Virus record (IMG/VR): IMGVR_UViG_3300013426_000014
Coordinates: 192,001 to 256,000 of that record
DNA: 64,000 bases
Reading direction: 5' to 3' (one strand)
Source of the DNA: a virus
Lineage: Duplodnaviria > Caudoviricetes
Part shown: positions 60,050 to 64,000 of the stretch, in pieces
Position numbering within the stretch: the first letter of the stretch is position 1
How the letters are laid out: every line of letters begins with the position of its first letter
Notes under the pieces: model-generated
Told to the model about the DNA's origin: nothing
What the model saw: the letters and a program-made list of their open reading frames with translations, nothing else
The model's database searches: none
Position numbers and translations under genes: made by a program

Positions 60050-60619
60050 CTATATTTTCCTGCCGCGCCGCCACATGGCCGACGAAATAAAATCGACGAC
60101 ATACTCCGGCCACGACACGTCGCCGTACTTATCACCGGGATCGCGCTCTACACGATACATGTCATATAATGAGCTGTAATGTGACAGCAAATCCCGGACG
60201 GACAGGTTGTAGTTCCTGTTCAGCCCGCATCGCATGCATTTCTCCGATATCCGGGCGGGGATAATCCCGCTGCGGAAAACCGGTTTGAACCCGTCCGCGT
60301 ACGCGGCGTCGAACGCCATCATGCTGCACACGTGCCGCCCGTCGAACGCCGCGTGCAGATGTCCGTAATCCCGGGAGTCGAGCCCGTCCAGCGCCTTGCA
60401 CCACTCCGGCACCCACGCGCACAAACATTTCTCGGCCGGACCCATTATGACCGGAACGGATCCGTAACCCGGCCGGCGCCGTCCCCTGACCCGCCGGATT
60501 CTTTCCGCGGCGGCGTCAGGGTCGGGACATCCGGTCCACATCACGGACCGGACGAACGGGACAGCCGACGCCGCCGTGTCGTTCATGTTCGCGGTGGTGA
60601 TCCTTTTCAATACTATCAT
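60050..60619 (-). CDS. PxWC-family protein
   Basis: GRRRPGYGS...VPEWC...CMRC...NYN. Confidence 0.7.
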   Translation of the reverse strand: MIVLKRITTANMNDTAASAVPFVRSVMWTGCPDPDAAAERIRRVRGRRRPGYGSVPVIMGPAEKCLCAWVPEWCKALDGLDSRDYGHLHAAFDGRHVCSMMAFDAAYADGFKPVFRSGIIPARISEKCMRCGLNRNYNLSVRDLLSHYSSLYDMYRVERDPGDKYGDVSWPEYVVDFISSAMWRRGRKI

Positions 60620-61044
60620 TGCCCCGTCCTTTTGTTGTTTATTATGTCCATCGCCGTCCTTCTGACCCTGTGGACTTCAATTTCCGCCGCGGCGCGCCTG
60701 GCCTTCGCCATCACCGCCGTGTTATAACCGGATTTCATCGCGCATCCGCAGCAGAACGCAGCATGCAGCCGGACGCTCTCGCACATGTTCGAATTCATGA
60801 CGAACTTCTGCTCGACGCCGGCCGGCGGCTCGTGGTGCATGGCATAACCGCCCGCGCCGAGCGCGCGCCATACGTGAATGATCCTGTCGCACCGCCGGCC
60901 GGGCGGAGTGAGCGTGTCTTTCGACGTCAGCTTGCACCAGACAGGCGGCGGGACCGACCCCGGACCATACAGCGCGCCGAAACGGAAACGGACGGCGTCG
61001 TCCGTCGTGTATACAGCTGTCGTATGTTTCTTATTATATCTCAT
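60616..61044 (-). CDS. PxWC-family protein
   Basis: PVWC...CCGC...GYN; ends TGA-TAG with ATGA overlap. Confidence 0.7.
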   Translation of the reverse strand: MRYNKKHTTAVYTTDDAVRFRFGALYGPGSVPPPVWCKLTSKDTLTPPGRRCDRIIHVWRALGAGGYAMHHEPPAGVEQKFVMNSNMCESVRLHAAFCCGCAMKSGYNTAVMAKARRAAAEIEVHRVRRTAMDIINNKRTGQ

Positions 61045-61056
61045 ATCAAATCAATA

Positions 61057-61446
61057 TCATCGCACAGGCATACCGCGGCGTCCGCGCCGTGCCGCGGCGC
61101 GTTCCAAATCCCGCCTTCTGAAGAACGACATCAGTCCGATGTTATACCCGCGCTTGTACCTGCATACCACGCATGACGACGGGTAAAGCACCATGTCATG
61201 CATGCCGCGCATATCCGCCGCGGCCGCGATTTCGTCCGGGATCCGCCGGTAGGCGGCCGCCGGACAGAACGGATAAGGCGCCGGTGATCCCGCGATGATC
61301 CGTCCGCCGTCGCACCACGCCGGAACCGACGCCGAACCGTTCCACATGTCACACATGTCAGCGCAGACAAAATGCCGCCTCGCGGTGTTTTCCGGCAGGG
61401 AACCGTCGAGAAACCCGGCGGTGATGCTCGTGAACCCGTCAATCAT
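61057..61446 (-). CDS. PxWC-family protein
   Basis: VPAWC...CVVC...GYN. Confidence 0.7.
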   Translation of the reverse strand: MIDGFTSITAGFLDGSLPENTARRHFVCADMCDMWNGSASVPAWCDGGRIIAGSPAPYPFCPAAAYRRIPDEIAAAADMRGMHDMVLYPSSCVVCRYKRGYNIGLMSFFRRRDLERAAARRGRRGMPVR

Positions 61447-61963
61447 CTGCCGTCAAGTTTTTCGAGATCCTCCACCCGTCGAACAGGAACGGCTCTATCT
61501 GCCGCGGCCAATCCGGCACGCCGTCCGTGAACTTGTCGGCATGCTGGGACCAAAAACGCTCCACTTGCCGGAACCGTCCCCGAAGCTCCATATACCCGCC
61601 GACGTTCTTGTACGCGCCGCGGCAAAAGTCGCAGCCCTTCCGTATACAGTCGGTGTATCTGCATCCGCAGGACGAAGGGTCCAGAGCGGACTCCTTCATA
61701 ATACAGTCACATGACAAGGCGGTCCTGCTCCCCATTATCCGGTCCGGGACCGGATCCTGACGGAAGAATAAGCACCATTCTGGAAAATTTCTGTACACGA
61801 TATCGCCGTCCGCGTCCTGGACCGCCCTTGTGCCGGAGCCGTAACCGGGGCGGCGTCTTCCTTTCCGCGCGGTGATCACGCTGATCTTCTTCTCCTTGAG
61901 CTGCCGGCGGGCGCGCTCAACAAGTTCCTCCGCCGGTATCTTGTATTGTGATGTTCCCTCCAT
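61439..61963 (-). CDS. PxWC-family protein
   Basis: GRRRPGYGS...PEWC...RYTDC...CDFC. Confidence 0.7.
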   Translation of the reverse strand: MEGTSQYKIPAEELVERARRQLKEKKISVITARKGRRRPGYGSGTRAVQDADGDIVYRNFPEWCLFFRQDPVPDRIMGSRTALSCDCIMKESALDPSSCGCRYTDCIRKGCDFCRGAYKNVGGYMELRGRFRQVERFWSQHADKFTDGVPDWPRQIEPFLFDGWRISKNLTADD

Positions 61964-61982
61964 TCTGAAAGTAAATTTACGA

Positions 61983-62489
61983 TTATACAGGTTCCGCGGA
62001 ACGGACGTGCCGTCTGATGTTATACATCCGTCCCACCATATCTCGCACGGAGTCTGTCCCGCCGAAATAATATTTCATATCGGACGCGGTCTTCAGGTTA
62101 TACAGCCGGCTCGCCTTGCACCGGAGACAGCCCCTGACAGGGGACGCGCCGGAATTCGGCCGGCCGTCCCCTGACATGCTGTACATATCGTTCTCCGCGG
62201 CGATCTCCGGACAGGTGTATATGACGGCGCCGTTGTATTCGCGGAGCAGCTGGTCGTCCTTCAACCGGCACCATTCCGGCGTCAGTATCGTCTTGACCCG
62301 GACGTACATCCCGCATGGCAGCGCGGCATTCCGGTCCATCTCGTCATAGCTGAAATACACCGCGTCCGTGATCGCCGTCCGTCTGCCCGGCGCGGTCCTG
62401 CCTTTCATCATGGTCAGCTCCGAGAGCCGTGAGAGCCGCCTGACCGCCTCGCGTTCGGCGTCCCGATTTGTTTCGCATACCGTCGTCAT
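61983..62489 (-). CDS. PxWC-family protein
   Basis: PEWC...CLRC...LYN. Confidence 0.7.
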   Translation of the reverse strand: MTTVCETNRDAEREAVRRLSRLSELTMMKGRTAPGRRTAITDAVYFSYDEMDRNAALPCGMYVRVKTILTPEWCRLKDDQLLREYNGAVIYTCPEIAAENDMYSMSGDGRPNSGASPVRGCLRCKASRLYNLKTASDMKYYFGGTDSVRDMVGRMYNIRRHVRSAEPV

Positions 62490-62501
62490 ATAATCCGCAT
62501 C

Positions 62502-62867
62502 CTAACCCCCGAACTCGACCGGGTATTTCGCGAACAGCCGCGCCGCGCGCCACCGGACCGACGTGTTGTACCCGTTCCTTTTCTCGCACGACATGCAGCG
62601 GATGTACGATCCTTCCGTCGCCCGCCCGCCCTGCCGCGCGGATGATGTGGTGCCGGCGATCATACGGACGAGCATGTCGCAGTGGAAGCGGACAGGCCAG
62701 CCGCCGTCAATGTCGTCAAAGAATCGGTCATGACACCACACGGGAAGCCGGCCGTACCGGCACCATCTCTCCTGCAAGCCGACCTTGACCGCCGGGTCGT
62801 GATATGTCCGCGTCCTTATGACGCGGCCTTCGAATTCATTCATTTCCTTCATGATCATTTTATGCAA
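62502..62867 (-). CDS. PxWC-family protein
   Basis: PVWC...CMSC...GYN. Confidence 0.7.
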   Translation of the reverse strand: MHKMIMKEMNEFEGRVIRTRTYHDPAVKVGLQERWCRYGRLPVWCHDRFFDDIDGGWPVRFHCDMLVRMIAGTTSSARQGGRATEGSYIRCMSCEKRNGYNTSVRWRAARLFAKYPVEFGG

Positions 62868-63294
62868 GCCGGCCCGCGGGGATTCCCCGCCGCCATTTCC
62901 TTCCGAACATCACCATATCCGCGCCCGCGGGTTTGAACACGCCCGGCGGCAGGGGTCTGATGAACGCCGAACCCGACGAGCCGAACCCCCTGCCGTAGAA
63001 ATCCATATCCCACATCCGCCGGCACGCGACCATGTTATAGACGCTGTAGAACCGGCAGAACTTACACCTGACGCACTGGCGGGGCGTCACGTAACAGAAC
63101 GCGTCCGTTCCGTTCTCGTCGTACAGGGCCATGCAGTCATACACGGGGGCGGAAACACGGTCCGCCGTCACCGGCCGCCCGTTCGAACACCATTCCGGGA
63201 CCGTGATCGTATTCCCGGCGCCGGTTCTCATCCGTATGAGTCTCCTTCCCGCCGCCGACCGTCCCGGCTCTCGTATGATCTCAATTATATTCAT
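62860..63294 (-). CDS. PxWC-family protein
   Basis: VPEWC...CVRCKFC...VYN. Confidence 0.7.
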   Translation of the reverse strand: MNIIEIIREPGRSAAGRRLIRMRTGAGNTITVPEWCSNGRPVTADRVSAPVYDCMALYDENGTDAFCYVTPRQCVRCKFCRFYSVYNMVACRRMWDMDFYGRGFGSSGSAFIRPLPPGVFKPAGADMVMFGRKWRRGIPAGRLA

Positions 63295-63375
63295 GACGCA
63301 AATATAATAAAATTCCGGGAAACATGGAAACGTTTCCCGGGATTTTTTTAGCGTTTGTTTTGCTTCCCCGCCGGT

Positions 63376-63999
63376 TTACCTTACCGTGTTCGCGACTGTC
63401 ACGGCGCGGAGGACCGCGGCCTTGTTATACGACATCATCTCGATGATAATCCCCTCCCCGCACGAGCAGTCGTCAGCTATCAATTCGGCCAGCCCGTTAT
63501 ATTTTCCGGACCCCGGCGCGCCGATGTTCACCATCTCCGTCTGCCGATTCGCGCCACTCGCTCTGTCCTTCGCCACGTCCGGCGACATAAGCGCAATCTG
63601 CCCGCCGATCTCGCGCCGGACGCCGTCGCCGAACAGCGGGACGCATCTGCCGTCGTCATCCCACGGCAGAACACGCGTCCCGCACAGTAACAGGGAATTG
63701 CCGATCCGCCGCGGCGCGCCCTTCGCCGACGTCAATGAGCTGCAACATGAGAAATCGGCGAAGTCGCGGACGACATCCGGCGATCCCGTCAGGTCGTTGA
63801 CCTCTGTCCGCCATGCGGCGCCGCCGGCTGACGTATGTGACACGAACCTCGCGACACCGAAGTCGTCACACTCCCGCGGCGCGCCCTCAAACGACCGCAG
63901 TGGACGGAATCCGGATTCCGGGCCGGCCGGATCATAGTAGAATATATAATACGGCTTCTCGCGCGGCGGCGCCGGAACGATCATATAACTCCCGTCCAC
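63376..63999 (-). CDS. GxPxxVxG-repeat protein (EDFD-family-like C-terminus), 5'-truncated
   Basis: SFEGAPREC, DLTGSPDVV, SLTSAKGAPRRIG. Confidence 0.65.
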   Translation of the reverse strand: MDGSYMIVPAPPREKPYYIFYYDPAGPESGFRPLRSFEGAPRECDDFGVARFVSHTSAGGAAWRTEVNDLTGSPDVVRDFADFSCCSSLTSAKGAPRRIGNSLLLCGTRVLPWDDDGRCVPLFGDGVRREIGGQIALMSPDVAKDRASGANRQTEMVNIGAPGSGKYNGLAELIADDCSCGEGIIIEMMSYNKAAVLRAVTVANTVR

Positions 64000-64000
64000 G

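Noticed and set aside
57931-63937. Long + strand ORFs opposite the PxWC array
   Set aside because: Shadow ORFs of GC-rich minus-strand genes, which carry the conserved motif and tight packing
1-64000. CRISPR array or Cas operon
   Set aside because: No regularly spaced repeats seen; the 3430 nuclease is a stand-alone PD-(D/E)xK protein

Overview
A 64-kb segment of a large, T4-like/jumbo dsDNA phage, most likely infecting a Bacteroidota host (TAnnTTTG -7 promoters). Genes run on + up to ~40.3 kb and on - after a bidirectional terminator. It carries 33 tRNA genes, several tRNA-like and other structured RNAs, nucleases, methyltransferase-like genes, a vWA/PurA-like module, PTH2, thioredoxin, NrdD/NrdG and two arrays of a Cys-rich PxWC paralog family. 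The main finding is a hidden genetic-code switch. A tRNA at 14860-15224 is split inside its anticodon by a 293-nt group I intron, and the intron's own guide sequence predicts a spliced product of tRNA-Trp(UCA), an opal suppressor. A family of presumed late/virion genes (17.5-20.2 kb, 36.1-40.2 kb) and three unrelated genes are full length only if TGA is read as Trp, while other genes still use TGA as a stop. This suggests splicing-gated, stage-specific UGA recoding. All structures and family assignments were made by eye, without database searches.
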